In this document: in pieces, positions 10,758-20,998 of the stretch
Layout of the letters: the number at the start of each line of letters is the position of its first letter
Numbering within the stretch: the stretch's first letter is position 1
Assembly (NCBI GenBank): GCA_963815195.1
Contig: CAWFGE010000008.1
Span: 192,001-256,000 of the forward strand
Source of the DNA: an uncultured Planctomycetaceae bacterium
Lineage (GTDB): Bacteria; Planctomycetota; Planctomycetia; Planctomycetales; Planctomycetaceae
Direction of reading: 5' to 3'
Length of the DNA stretch: 64,000 nucleotides
Translations under genes and position numbers: made by a program
The notes under the pieces: model-generated
Databases searched by the model: none
Told to the model about the DNA's origin: nothing
The model's input: only the letters and a program-made list of their open reading frames with translations

Positions 10758-11576
10758 TCAAGCCCACCTACGGTTACTCAGGTTCTTTGCCCGTTGTTTT
10801 TCCTTGCTCCGGGGCCGGGAGCGATCAAACCCATGCTGAGGGAGTCGAGAATTCCCTTCCTTTCCGTGGCTCGAATGAATCAGAGGGAGCAACTCCGGTT
10901 GAGCCACGACGTGAACCGGAATGTGCTTCACTTCAGGAAGGGAAATCAAGGCGTTCGCGATGCGGCGGGCTTTCGCCGGCAGCACGGTCAAGAGCGTGAT
11001 CTCAAACCGCCGAGCCTGGATCAGTGGCCGGAAGCCCGGCTGCCGCTGATGCAGGGCGATGTCTTCGCGCACCGACGCGATGATGCGGTCCCAACGGCCG
11101 CGATGACCGGCATCCACGCGGGCGAGGCCGATGCAACCGGGACCGGCGGGGTCGAGGTAATAGGTGCTACGCATCCCCGGACGGTGGAGGCCCGCGAATC
11201 GTCCGCTGAGATCGTCCGCCGTCAGCCGATACTTCGGTTGGGCCGACAAACAGCAGAAGAGGAGCAGGGCATATGCCCGAATTTTCGCACCTTCGGAAAG
11301 AGGTCCGGAACGAGTCCCATCCAGCCCGCAATGCTGGGCACCATTTTCGGTCAGGAACCAATAACGAGCCCCGTGATGCAGAGCCGCCGATGACAACATC
11401 CCGATGCCGCGGCATTGATCGAGCAGTCGACGGAGTCGGCGGGGACCAATGCCCGCGAACTCAGGCAACCGCGAGATCGCCGCAAACACCGAGAGGCGAT
11501 AGCGGGCAACATGCGCCAACAACGTCTCGATGGCGTGTTGGTTGTCCGTTTCGTTCGTGATCTTCAATGGAGACAT
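10758..11576 (-). CDS. wHTH + PD-(D/E)xK-like protein, Replic_Relax-like (possibly degenerate)
   Basis: N-terminal wHTH (LLAHVARYRL...RRLL...YWFLTENGA), C-terminal LARVDAG; directly downstream of a similar gene. Confidence 0.5.
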   Translation of the reverse strand: MSPLKITNETDNQHAIETLLAHVARYRLSVFAAISRLPEFAGIGPRRLRRLLDQCRGIGMLSSAALHHGARYWFLTENGAQHCGLDGTRSGPLSEGAKIRAYALLLFCCLSAQPKYRLTADDLSGRFAGLHRPGMRSTYYLDPAGPGCIGLARVDAGHRGRWDRIIASVREDIALHQRQPGFRPLIQARRFEITLLTVLPAKARRIANALISLPEVKHIPVHVVAQPELLPLIHSSHGKEGNSRLPQHGFDRSRPRSKEKQRAKNLSNRRWA

Positions 11577-11580
11577 GGCC

Positions 11581-12126
11581 TCACCACAGTTCGTAAGGAA
11601 GCGAGTCCGCTTCGCAGTGCTCGTGAAAACTCTGGATCTGAGCGGCGCTATATCGCCCCGCCGATTCGATGACTCGCAGTACCTTTCCGTCGCCATTGCA
11701 TAGGAAGGCATCCGGGTCCTTGATGCGATAGCCCGCTTTTGGCAGGCCATGCTCACCCACCCATGAGGCGGCAAGTCGCGGTTGCTGGACACGGTAGGCG
11801 GCGTAGACCGAGGCCAGCCGCAGATCGTGGTTGCGGTGTTCTCGCGGTGGGATGCCCCGGGCCGTACTGCCCAGCAGATTGGCGGTAAGCGGCGCTGCCA
11901 CACAGACCAGCACCGGCACCGCCGCTTTGGTCCAACGCGCTCGACACTGGGCGGCGAGGCGTTCGTTGTCAGGTTCATCACCACCCGGCTGCCAGTCAAA
12001 TAATGATCTGGTCACTGGCAACAGAGGATGCGCGTTGATGCGATGCATCTCCACGAGTTTCGCCGCTGCCAATCGTTCCAGCCGACGCCGAGCCTGCCGT
12101 TGGTTGTGCCCGCCCGGCCACCACAA
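11581..12126 (-). pseudogene. Replication-relaxation (Replic_Relax)-like protein, 5'-truncated
   Basis: ARRRLERLAAAKLV, NHDLRLASVY, WVGE, DPDAFL, VIESAGRY; no proper start, abuts recombinase fragment. Confidence 0.6.
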
Positions 12127-12127
12127 C

Positions 12128-12666
12128 TGAACGCCATCGACTGTTCAACGATCGGAGGCTTACGTGATCGTGCGCTGATCGGCTTGATGGTCTACAGCTT
12201 TGCCCGTGTCTCGGCGGCCATCGGCATGAACGTGGAGGACTACTATCCTCAAGGTCGTCGGATGTGGTTTCGCCTCCACGAGAAAGGCGGAAAACGCCAT
12301 GATGTTCCCGCCCATCACAACGCAATAGCGTACGTCGACGCTTATATGGAGGCCGCTGACATCACAAATGAAAAGAAGTCGCCGCTGTTTCGCACGATCT
12401 CGCGCTATCGTCGGCTCGCGCCGCGACGGATGCACCGAGCCGACGTGTTGAGGATGATCAAGCGGCGCGCTCGCAACACGGGGCTGCCGGAACACATCTG
12501 CTGCCATACGTTTCGAGCGACCGGAATCACAGCCTACTTGCTTTGCGGGGGACTGCTGGAACATGCTCAAAAAATCGCAGCGCACACCTCCGTCCGCACC
12601 ACGAAACTTTACGACCGAACCAGCGACGCCGTCAGCCTCGATGAGATCGAACGAATCGTCATCTGA
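12128..12666 (+). pseudogene. Tyrosine recombinase (plasmid resolvase type), catalytic half only
   Basis: GLRDRALI..FARVSA, HEKGGK, CHTFRATGITAYL, AHTSVRTTKLYDR; N-terminal domain missing. Confidence 0.8.
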
Positions 12667-12718
12667 CGGGCTCATCGTGCTCTGGCCTCCATCAACCCCA
12701 CCGCGAAGCGGTTTAGTT

Positions 12719-13002
12719 GTGTGCCCAGCATGTTTGATAGCTTGGGGGTGAAAGTCCCCTATCCAACCTGATGGAGGTGAAGGATTAGTGAATCGCAAGG
12801 GCGTCATTGCGAGGTGGCGTCTGAAGGCAGCGTGGATCAAAGCCGCGACCTGACGAACAGAAATCGGATACGAGGCATCCTGGGCCGGACGAGCGGGCAA
12901 CTGATCGCGAAGTCCATTTCCATCAAGGGTCCAGGCTGTAGATCCGGCAGGTGTGCGGGGAAAGCAATCAAACTTACCTGGGGAGGTCTGCGTTGTGTCC
13001 CC
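12719..13002 (+). ncRNA. Group II intron (class C-like) 5' fragment, no RT ORF
   Basis: Starts GTGTG (GUGYG consensus) CCCAGCATG..GGGGGTGAAAGTCCCC; ends near CTTACCTGGGGAGGTCT; preceded by hairpin ACCGC-GAA-GCGGT. Confidence 0.75.
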
Positions 13003-13043
13003 GACCACCGCATGATTTCAATGGCTAAAGCACATTCGAAAAA

Positions 13044-14588
13044 CTACCGTTCCACCGCCGAGCCCCCTTTTAAGCCACGTGCCACCACCGCTCGCTCCAC
13101 CCAATCGATCAGGAGTTGTAGAAGTACGGCAAGCAACGCCGCAGGTATCGCTCCCGCCAAGATCAGCTTGACATCGTTGAGCCGAATGCCGCGCAAGATT
13201 GGTTGCCCAAGCCCGCCGGCTCCGATGATCGCTCCCAAGGTCGCAAACCCGACGTTCTGTACCGCTGCCGTGCGAATACCAGCCAACATGACTGGAAGCG
13301 CCATCGGCAGTTCGATTTCGGCCAACTTCGCTGCTGGGCTCAGTCCCAATACGGTCGCCGACTCGATCGTGCCGCGGGGGATTCCTTCCAATCCGGTGAA
13401 CGTGTTCCTTACGATCGGGAACAGACAGTAGGCAAGCAGGGCGACAACGGCCGTTACCGATCCTTCGCCAACGCTGGGATAACCAAGGGCCCCCACTATC
13501 GGCATTAATAAAACCAACAACGCCAGCGAGGGGATTGTCTGCAATAGCCCGACGACCGCTAGCACAGCACGGCCAGTTCGTCGAAAGCGCTGGCAAAAGA
13601 TGCCCAATGCCATGCCGACCACGATGGCGGGCAACAACGAGCGCCGCACCAGGTCGAGATGCTCAGCCACATGCTGTAAGATGACGCGACTCCACGAGTC
13701 TTCCTTCGGCTCCGTATTCACTCCTAGCTGTGTGCGAAGAAATTCGACCGCCGCTTGCGACTCGGACCGCTCGCCTGACTCGACGGCGTCATTTAGTTCG
13801 CGCATCTTGGGCTCGGAGATTCTCCGTCCGAGCCGTTGGATGCCTGCAAGCATTTTGGGCTGACGCTCAGCCGTGTCTAACCGATATAGCCACACGGCGT
13901 CGTAGCGAGGAAAGAACTTCAGATCATCTTCCAACAGCACCAAGTCGTTGCGATGGACCATTGCGTCGGTCGAGTAAACGTCGGTCACGTCGATTTCGCC
14001 TGCCAAGAGTTGAGGATAGGCGACATCGTGATCAATTCCCACGACATTTCGCTGTGGCAAGTCGTAGCGTCGAGCGAGCGAACGCCACCCATCGCCGCGG
14101 TCGAGAAATTCGTGCGTCAATGCCAAACGCAACTCGTGCAAGCGCTGGAGATCAGAGATTTTTCTGATTCCCAAGTCCTCGGCGCGTTTCCTCGTGAGCG
14201 CGAGCGCGTAGCTGTTGCTAAAGCCCAATGGTTCGGAAATCCCGATTCCGCGAGCGTAGAGTTCTCGTCTCATGGCCTCGTCATCGGGCACCGCTTCCGC
14301 GGCCAAAATCTCGTGCACAATCGTGCCGGTGTATTCTGGGTAAGCGTCAATCTCGCCGGCCTGTAGCGCTTGGAACACGATCCGCGTCCCGCCAAATTCG
14401 CGATAGTGCGCGGCGCTCAGACCTGCATCGACGGCCAGCGATCGAAGCACTTCTCCCAAAATCACTGACTCCGTGAATTTTTTCGATCCGATGCGTATCG
14501 TCGCCTGTCGGTGCGGCAATGGTGAGAGCCCGGCAGCCAAAAGCGCCACGCACAGGGCTCCCCACTTTAGAATGGCGGTGTTTTTCAT
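13044..14588 (-). CDS. Betaine/ergothioneine-type ABC transporter, fused substrate-binding protein + permease
   Basis: IGSKKFTES, YPEYTGT, DVYSTD, FFPRYDA, then permease QTIPSLALL, IELPMALP, GAGGLG. Confidence 0.9.
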   Translation of the reverse strand: MKNTAILKWGALCVALLAAGLSPLPHRQATIRIGSKKFTESVILGEVLRSLAVDAGLSAAHYREFGGTRIVFQALQAGEIDAYPEYTGTIVHEILAAEAVPDDEAMRRELYARGIGISEPLGFSNSYALALTRKRAEDLGIRKISDLQRLHELRLALTHEFLDRGDGWRSLARRYDLPQRNVVGIDHDVAYPQLLAGEIDVTDVYSTDAMVHRNDLVLLEDDLKFFPRYDAVWLYRLDTAERQPKMLAGIQRLGRRISEPKMRELNDAVESGERSESQAAVEFLRTQLGVNTEPKEDSWSRVILQHVAEHLDLVRRSLLPAIVVGMALGIFCQRFRRTGRAVLAVVGLLQTIPSLALLVLLMPIVGALGYPSVGEGSVTAVVALLAYCLFPIVRNTFTGLEGIPRGTIESATVLGLSPAAKLAEIELPMALPVMLAGIRTAAVQNVGFATLGAIIGAGGLGQPILRGIRLNDVKLILAGAIPAALLAVLLQLLIDWVERAVVARGLKGGSAVER

Positions 14589-15313
14589 TTGGTGACCATT
14601 TGCGAGTTGACAAAATCGCGCACGAAGTCATTGGTGGGATTGTTCACGATGCTCGCAAACGACCCCTGCTGAACAATTCGCCCGCTTTCAAGCACGCATA
14701 CCCGATCAGCGAACCAGCTTGCTTCCACCAGATCGTGGGTGACAAGCAACACCGTGGCACACGCGCGCTCAAACGCGACTTTCAGGTCACGTTGCAGGCC
14801 GGCACGAATCATTGGATCGAGTGCTCCCAGCGGCTCATCAAGCAGCAGCAAGTGCGGACTGAGAAAAAGCGCGCGCATCAGGCTGACCCGCTGCCGCTGC
14901 CCACCCGATAGCTCTATGGGGTAACGATTGAGGGCGTCCGGCGGGAATCGTGTCATCTCGACCAGCTCGGCCAATCGCCGGTCCCGTCGTCCGCGGGACC
15001 ATCTCTGATGGCGAGCCATAAGAGTCACATTTGCTGCGGCCGTCAAATGCGGAAACAAGCCGCCCTCTTGAATCACATAACCGAGTCGACGTCGTACGTC
15101 GGAAAGGGTGCGCTCATTCAGCACCAGGTCGTCTATGACAATTTGCCCTTCAGTGGCCTTCACCAGACCCGCGACCATTCGGAGAATCGTCGTCTTCCCG
15201 CAACCGCTCGGACCGAGCAACACGAGCACTTCGCCGGACTCTACCGTCAAATCGAAAGGCGGCACAACGGCTTTGTTTCCGTACGCCTTTGAAACTCCTG
15301 AGAATTGAAGCAT
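14585..15313 (-). CDS. ABC transporter ATP-binding subunit (OpuA/ProV-like)
   Basis: GPSGCGKTT, LSGGQRQR, LLLLDEP, VTHD; 4-bp overlap with permease. Confidence 0.93.
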   Translation of the reverse strand: MLQFSGVSKAYGNKAVVPPFDLTVESGEVLVLLGPSGCGKTTILRMVAGLVKATEGQIVIDDLVLNERTLSDVRRRLGYVIQEGGLFPHLTAAANVTLMARHQRWSRGRRDRRLAELVEMTRFPPDALNRYPIELSGGQRQRVSLMRALFLSPHLLLLDEPLGALDPMIRAGLQRDLKVAFERACATVLLVTHDLVEASWFADRVCVLESGRIVQQGSFASIVNNPTNDFVRDFVNSQMVTK

Positions 15314-15559
15314 GCTCGCACCTCTCGGACTTCATCATTATTTCGAGCCAGCGACGGCGTCCTTTGAGTCAGCGCGGGCAAGAGTGTTTCACAGACTTCA
15401 CAAGAACAATACGCCACTCCGGCAGCGACGACATGATCCTTTGGTATTGGTTTGCCGCCACCAATACTTAAGTTCAATAGCCTTCTTTCTTCGCCTTTTC
15501 TATCCTTCACCAACGCCCACCATAGGCTCTCTTATGCCATCGCAGGCTTGAAGGTACCA

Positions 15560-16822
15560 ATGTCTCGTCTCAACACGCAATTCCAAACCGTGCGGTCGAT
15601 GACTTCTTCTCTTGCCGCCAGTCTTTCCGCTGAGGACCAAATGGTCCAATCATGCCCAGACGCCAGCCCGGTCAAATGGCACCAGGCTCATACCACATGG
15701 TTCTTTGAGACCTTCGTGTTACGCGACTTTCTGACAGGCTACAAACCCTTTTGCGAACAGTTCCGTTGGCTCTTCAATAGCTATTACAACGCGGTCGGGG
15801 ATGAGATTCCGGAAAAGAAGCTGCGCGCTTCTTTCGCCCGCCCTTCACTTGATACGGTCGTCGCGTTCCGGGTGTACGTTGACCAGGAGATGGAGAAACT
15901 CCTCGCGCGCCCCGTTGATGACGAGCCGTCACGGCGGATCATTTTGGGCTTGAACCACGAGCAGCAGCACCAGGAACTCGCACTCACTGACATTAAGCAC
16001 GCGCTTTTCTCGAATCCCCTTCATCCTTCGTATGCTGCTGGCCCCCTCTCGGAAGTGTGTGATATTGCAGTCCCCAAATTCGAATGGCACACCTTCAGCG
16101 AAGGATTGATTGAGATCGGTCATCCGCTTTACGCGGATAATCCTCTGGAGTTTTGCTTTGATAACGAAGCTCCTCGACACAAGGTTTACTTGGAATCGTT
16201 TCAGATCGCAAACCGCGAGGTCACGTGCGGTGAGTACCTGGAATTCATGTCGGATGGCGCGTACTCACGTCCTGAATTCTGGCTTTCTGCAGGTTGGGAA
16301 ACTGTGAAGAACGCGAGTTGGCAAGCTCCCCTTTATTGGCAACATGATGCCGACGATGAGACTGGCTGGCGAGTCTTCACGCTGAGGGGCTGGACCGGAC
16401 TATCTGCGCTACTCGATGTGCCGGTATGCCACATCAGCTTTTTCGAGGCCGATGCCTTTGCACGCTGGCGGGGTCGCCGACTTCCGACGGAAGCCGAATG
16501 GGAATGCGTCGCGAGCCAATCGCCCCTACACGGGAATTTTCTCGACACAGGAAGACTGCATCCCGCAAAGGCCCTCGGTGCGGGCGTTCAGCAACTATTC
16601 GGGGACTGTTGGGAATGGACGGCCAGCGCTTACACCGGCTATCCGGGATACAAGCCCCTTCCAGGAGCGCTGGGCGAATATAACGGCAAGTTTATGTCCG
16701 GCCAGATGGTTCTGCGCGGAGGGTCCTGCGTCACACCGGCGAATCATGTGCGGGCGACTTATCGCAACTTCTTTCAACCGGCGACTCGGTGGCAGTTCAC
16801 TGGCTTACGTTTGGCATTTTAG
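15560..16822 (+). CDS. egtB: Ergothioneine sulfoxide synthase EgtB
   Basis: SPVKWHQAHTTWFFE, FNSYY, iron motif HEQQHQE, FGE-like domain RLPTEAEWE, EYNGKFM, VLRGGSC. Confidence 0.93.
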   Translation: MSRLNTQFQTVRSMTSSLAASLSAEDQMVQSCPDASPVKWHQAHTTWFFETFVLRDFLTGYKPFCEQFRWLFNSYYNAVGDEIPEKKLRASFARPSLDTVVAFRVYVDQEMEKLLARPVDDEPSRRIILGLNHEQQHQELALTDIKHALFSNPLHPSYAAGPLSEVCDIAVPKFEWHTFSEGLIEIGHPLYADNPLEFCFDNEAPRHKVYLESFQIANREVTCGEYLEFMSDGAYSRPEFWLSAGWETVKNASWQAPLYWQHDADDETGWRVFTLRGWTGLSALLDVPVCHISFFEADAFARWRGRRLPTEAEWECVASQSPLHGNFLDTGRLHPAKALGAGVQQLFGDCWEWTASAYTGYPGYKPLPGALGEYNGKFMSGQMVLRGGSCVTPANHVRATYRNFFQPATRWQFTGLRLAF

Positions 16823-16837
16823 AAAGGTGTCACTTAC

Positions 16838-17836
16838 ATGATTGCGAGCACTATCGCATTCGACTTGGAGCGCCCCTCTTCGTTGAATACGCGCGAAATG
16901 TTGATCTGGGAAGTTCAGCGCGGCTTGCTCGGGCGTCCCCGCTCTCTTGCGCCGTGGATGTTCTACGACGCGCACGGCTCCCGCATCTTCGAACGCATCA
17001 CGCAGCTCCCAGAGTACTACCCCACGCGCACAGAACGTAACATCCTGTTGTGCTTTTGCGATGCCATCATCGCCGCCGCTTGTCCTGACAAATCAAAAGC
17101 TGTGCGCCTTGTGGAGCTGGGAGCGGGCACCGCCTCGAAGACCAGCATCCTGCTCGATGCCGCCGCGAGATTGCAGAGTGATGTGCTGTACGCACCGGTG
17201 GATGTATCTTCCGACGCTCTTGACGTAGCTCGCGAGACGATCGCAACCTTGTTGCCTGAGGTATACATATCGCCAATTGTAGCGAACTATGTGACGCATC
17301 CGCCGCGGCTCGAATCCTTCGACGGAGTAACGCTGGGATTATACATCGGCTCGAGTATCGGCAACTTCGCACCCAGAGAGGCGAGAACGATTCTGCGGAA
17401 TCTTAGAAGTCAACTGCAGGTCGGTGATGCACTATTGTTAGGAGTAGACATGGTGAAAAACGAGCCGACTCTGGTGGCTGCCTATGATGACGGAGACGGG
17501 GTCACGGCAGAATTCAACCTCAACATGCTGCATCGCCTCAATCGAGAGCTTGGTGCTGATTTTGATCCCGCGAGGTTCCGCCATCGCGTTCTCTGGAATC
17601 TCGTGCAGTCACGCATTGAGATGCACCTTGAAAGCACTCGTGACCAGAATGTACGCATCGCTGCCGCAGGCCTGGATGTTCATTTCGCAAAAGGCGAACG
17701 CATTCATACCGAGTACAGCTACAAGTTCACGGATGAGACCATTCGCATTCTTCTTAGAGACGCGGGCTTTGAGGGCGAATGCACATGGACAGATGAGCGT
17801 GAATGGTATTCCGTTACGCTCGCTCGCGTCCGGTAA
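16838..17836 (+). CDS. egtD: L-histidine N-alpha-methyltransferase EgtD
   Basis: FYDAHGSRIFERITQLPEYYPTRTE, VELGAG, GSSIGNF, AYDDGDGVTAEFNLN, IHTEYSYKF. Confidence 0.93.
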   Translation: MIASTIAFDLERPSSLNTREMLIWEVQRGLLGRPRSLAPWMFYDAHGSRIFERITQLPEYYPTRTERNILLCFCDAIIAAACPDKSKAVRLVELGAGTASKTSILLDAAARLQSDVLYAPVDVSSDALDVARETIATLLPEVYISPIVANYVTHPPRLESFDGVTLGLYIGSSIGNFAPREARTILRNLRSQLQVGDALLLGVDMVKNEPTLVAAYDDGDGVTAEFNLNMLHRLNRELGADFDPARFRHRVLWNLVQSRIEMHLESTRDQNVRIAAAGLDVHFAKGERIHTEYSYKFTDETIRILLRDAGFEGECTWTDEREWYSVTLARVR

Positions 17837-17976
17837 CCCTCTACCACCGCCGCCATATCGTTGTATCGACAAAACCTCGTACTTGTCGCTCTGGCACCGT
17901 AAGGTAGCCAGCATAACGACATCCCCATCGAATGCATCACGGGCTGCATCGTCGTTTCTTTCGTAGAAGGCACCCT

Positions 17977-19366
17977 ATGGCACCGCAACGCTTTGACGCG
18001 ATTGTTATAGGCTCCGGCCAAGCGGGAAAGCCAATGGCCCTCGACTTGGGCGGCGCTGGTCGCCGGACGGCCGTCATCGAGCGGGAGCATGTCGGCGGCA
18101 CCTGTGTCAACGTAGGCTGCACACCGACGAAAACCATGGTCGCCAGCGCGCGCATAGCTTATTTGACCCGGCGCGCCGCCGACTACGGCATTCGCTGCGG
18201 AACTGTCGGCGTTGACATGGCTCAAGTCCGCGAGCGCAAGCAGGCAATCGTGGACGACTTTCGCGCTGGGGTGCAGCGTCGCTTGGAGGATGCTGAGAAC
18301 GTCGAGCTCATTTTCGGCGAAGGGCGTTTCACCGGTCCCAACGTCGTGGAGGTACGGCTCACCGTCGGCGGCACGCGGACATTGACTGCCGACGCTATTT
18401 TCATCAATACCGGCGCTCGGCCGGCACGACCCCGCATCGCCGGACTCGATTCCGTGAGAGCTCTCGACTCCACTTCGATCATGGAATTACAAGAGCTGCC
18501 AGAACATTTGCTGGTTCTCGGCGGCGGCTACATTGGTCTGGAATTCGGCCAGATGTTTCGTCGCTTCGGTAGCGCCGTCACCATCGTGCAGCGCGGTAAG
18601 CAACTCTTGGGTCGAGAGGATCCGGACGTTGCTACGGAAGTTTGCAAGCTGCTTCAGATGGATGGGATCGAGATCTTGCTCGAAACCGAAGTGGTCGGCG
18701 TACATGCCGGCGCTTCCGGCGTCGGGTTAAGGCTACGTGGCCCTATTGGGGGCGCGACCCTCGTCGGGTCCCACCTCTTAATCGCCGCGGGGCGAGTGCC
18801 GAATAGCGAGCAACTCGCGCTCGACCACCGCCGGTGTGAACGTTGACGTCCGTGGCTTCATCCAGGTAGACGACCGGCTGGAGACCAACGTCCCCGGTAT
18901 CTACGCTTTGGGGGACGTCAAAGGCGGCCCGGCATTCACGCACATCGCGTATGACGACTATCGCATCGTTCGCAACAATCTGCTTCGTGGCGGGCAGTCG
19001 TCGACGAGAGATCGACTGGTCCCGTACATAGTGTACATCGACCCACAACTCGGTCGGATCGGCCTGACGGAACATGAGGCACGGGCACAGGGCCGCGCGA
19101 TTCGAGTCGCCAAGATCCCGATGACCTGGGTGGCCCGGGCAGTGGAAACGGCCGAATCACGCGGCTTCATCAAGGCCGTTGTCGATGGCGAGAGCCGGCA
19201 GATCCTTGGGGCCGCCGTTTTAGCCGTCGAAGGCGGAGAGATCATGTCGATGCTTCAGATAGCCATGATGGGGAAGATCCCCTACACCGCACTCGAAGAC
19301 GGCATTTTCGCGCACCCGGCCCTTGCGGAGGGATTGAACACGTTGTTCATGAACATGGAAAAATAA
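17977..19366 (+). pseudogene. Flavoprotein disulfide reductase (RclA/MerA-like), frameshifted near 18826 (possible sequencing error)
   Basis: [27 protein letters not shown]; second frame continues GIYALGDV...[10 protein letters not shown]. Confidence 0.85.
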
Positions 19367-19378
19367 GCTTAGCCTTCT

Positions 19379-19488
19379 AACACTGCCATCGACCAAGGAG
19401 CCTGTGGCGCGACGGTGGACGGAAGGAGGCTATGGAAGGAGCGGAGGCTCAATTTCGATGGCAACGCGCAAGGCGATCTGCAGGCCCG
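19379..19488 (+). pseudogene. Degenerate MOSC-gene 5' remnant
   Basis: Translates VDGRRLWKERRLNFDGNAQGDLQ, compare VQGRRLVGRLYVDGDAQGDLH at 23.58 kb. Confidence 0.55.
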
Positions 19489-19547
19489 AACGAGGAGACC
19501 TAAGTTCGTGATCCCACAACAACAATGAATCTTCAAAGGAGAACACA

Positions 19548-20099
19548 ATGAGTACCTTAGGCAAATCGAAGCGGAAGCAGGAGTTGAAGGACCTTCAACG
19601 GATGCCGTTGAGCACACCGACCGACCTGCCGCCCGAGGCGACGCGCGACGTCACCGGCGCCATGAATGGCCTTCTCGCGGATGTCTTCACGCTCTACCTG
19701 AAGACGAAGAACTTCCACTGGCACCTGAGCGGGCCACATTTTCGCGAATATCACTTGATGTTCGACGAACAGGGCGACCAAATCTTCGCGATGACGGATC
19801 CGATCGCCGAGCGAGTCCGCAAAATCGGCGGCTCTACCATCAAGTCGATCGGCCACATCGCGCGCCTGCAGCGAGTCCTCGACAATGACGCCGATTACGT
19901 CGATCCGGAGGACATGCTCGCTGAACTTTGCGAGGACAACAAGACTCTGACGGCGCGGCTGCGTGAAGCACACAACGTCTGCAATGAGCACCGCGATTTT
20001 GCCACCACCAGCCTGATCGAAAACTGGATCGACGAGACGGAGCGGCGGACCTGGTTTCTATTCGAGGCGAGTCGGCGTGAGATGACGACCGGGCATTGA
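19548..20099 (+). CDS. dps: Dps DNA-protection ferritin-like protein
   Basis: KTKNFHWHLSGPHFREYHLMFDEQ, DPIAERVR, ERRTWFL. Confidence 0.93.
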   Translation: MSTLGKSKRKQELKDLQRMPLSTPTDLPPEATRDVTGAMNGLLADVFTLYLKTKNFHWHLSGPHFREYHLMFDEQGDQIFAMTDPIAERVRKIGGSTIKSIGHIARLQRVLDNDADYVDPEDMLAELCEDNKTLTARLREAHNVCNEHRDFATTSLIENWIDETERRTWFLFEASRREMTTGH

Positions 20100-20162
20100 A
20101 AATCGCAAGCGATTCGACACATACATTCCCAACCTTACAACACGAAATCAAGGAGTATTACA

Positions 20163-20837
20163 ATGAAGATCCTCATGGTTCTGACCTCCCACGACAAGCT
20201 TGGCGATACGGGCCGCCAGACCGGCTTCTGGCTTGAGGAATTCGCCGCCCCCTATTTCACGTTTCTCGACGCCGGAGCCACCGTGACCGTCGCTTCACCC
20301 AAAGGGGGACAACCGCCCCTTGACCCAGTCAGCGACACGCCCGAGGGCCAGACTGACCTGACGCGGCGTTTCAAGCAAGATCTCGCAGCCCAGGCGGTGC
20401 TGGCAAACACTGCGCGGCTCTCCGGCGTCAAGGCCGCGGATTACGACGCGGTCTTCTATCCCGGTGGCCACGGACCAATGTGGGACCTGGCCGAGGACGC
20501 GCGTTCCATCGCCCTCATCGAGGACTTCTACAACTCCGGCAAACCCGTCGCCGCGGTTTGCCACGCGCCCGGCGTGCTCCATCGTGTCCAGTTCCAGGGC
20601 CAGCCGCTCGTGAAGGGCAAGCGGGTGACGGGCTTCACCAACGGCGAGGAGGAAGCGATCCAACTCACCAAGATCGTGCCGTTCCTTGTTGAGGACGAGT
20701 CGAAGCGCCTCGGTGGGCTCTATGAAAAGGTAGCCAACTGGGTCCCCTTCGTCGTCACCGACGGGAAGCTTGTCACCGGGCAGAATCCAGCCTCGTCCAA
20801 GCTAGGGGCCGAGGCGCTGTTAAAGCTTATGGTCTGA
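20163..20837 (+). CDS. DJ-1/PfpI (Hsp31-like) type 1 glutamine amidotransferase-domain protein
   Basis: TGFWLEE, PGGHGPMWDL, AVCHAP, VTGQNPASS. Confidence 0.92.
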   Translation: MKILMVLTSHDKLGDTGRQTGFWLEEFAAPYFTFLDAGATVTVASPKGGQPPLDPVSDTPEGQTDLTRRFKQDLAAQAVLANTARLSGVKAADYDAVFYPGGHGPMWDLAEDARSIALIEDFYNSGKPVAAVCHAPGVLHRVQFQGQPLVKGKRVTGFTNGEEEAIQLTKIVPFLVEDESKRLGGLYEKVANWVPFVVTDGKLVTGQNPASSKLGAEALLKLMV

Positions 20838-20998
20838 GCGAAACCGGCCGTCCGCGATTTCGACGTGGCCTGTTTGTCCGACTCGAACGCGGTAGGAGAG
20901 TCGTTCAGACGGACATGTGAAAAACTGCAGTACTGCTGGAATGGCCGGCCACTCCGATATTCCCAACACTCCCAACGATTCGATGGAAAGAGCGAACG

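Noticed and set aside
12128..12720. Integron integrase with attC array
   Set aside because: Recombinase is a truncated plasmid-resolvase type; no repeated attC sites or cassettes seen
12719..13002. Retron, DGR or active intron
   Set aside because: No reverse transcriptase ORF anywhere in the window
15560..16822. Selenoneine synthase SenA or ovothiol synthase OvoA
   Set aside because: No senB/senC nearby, no fused C-terminal methyltransferase, and egtD is adjacent
17977..19366. Mercuric reductase merA
   Set aside because: No NmerA domain, no C-terminal Cys pair, no other mer genes
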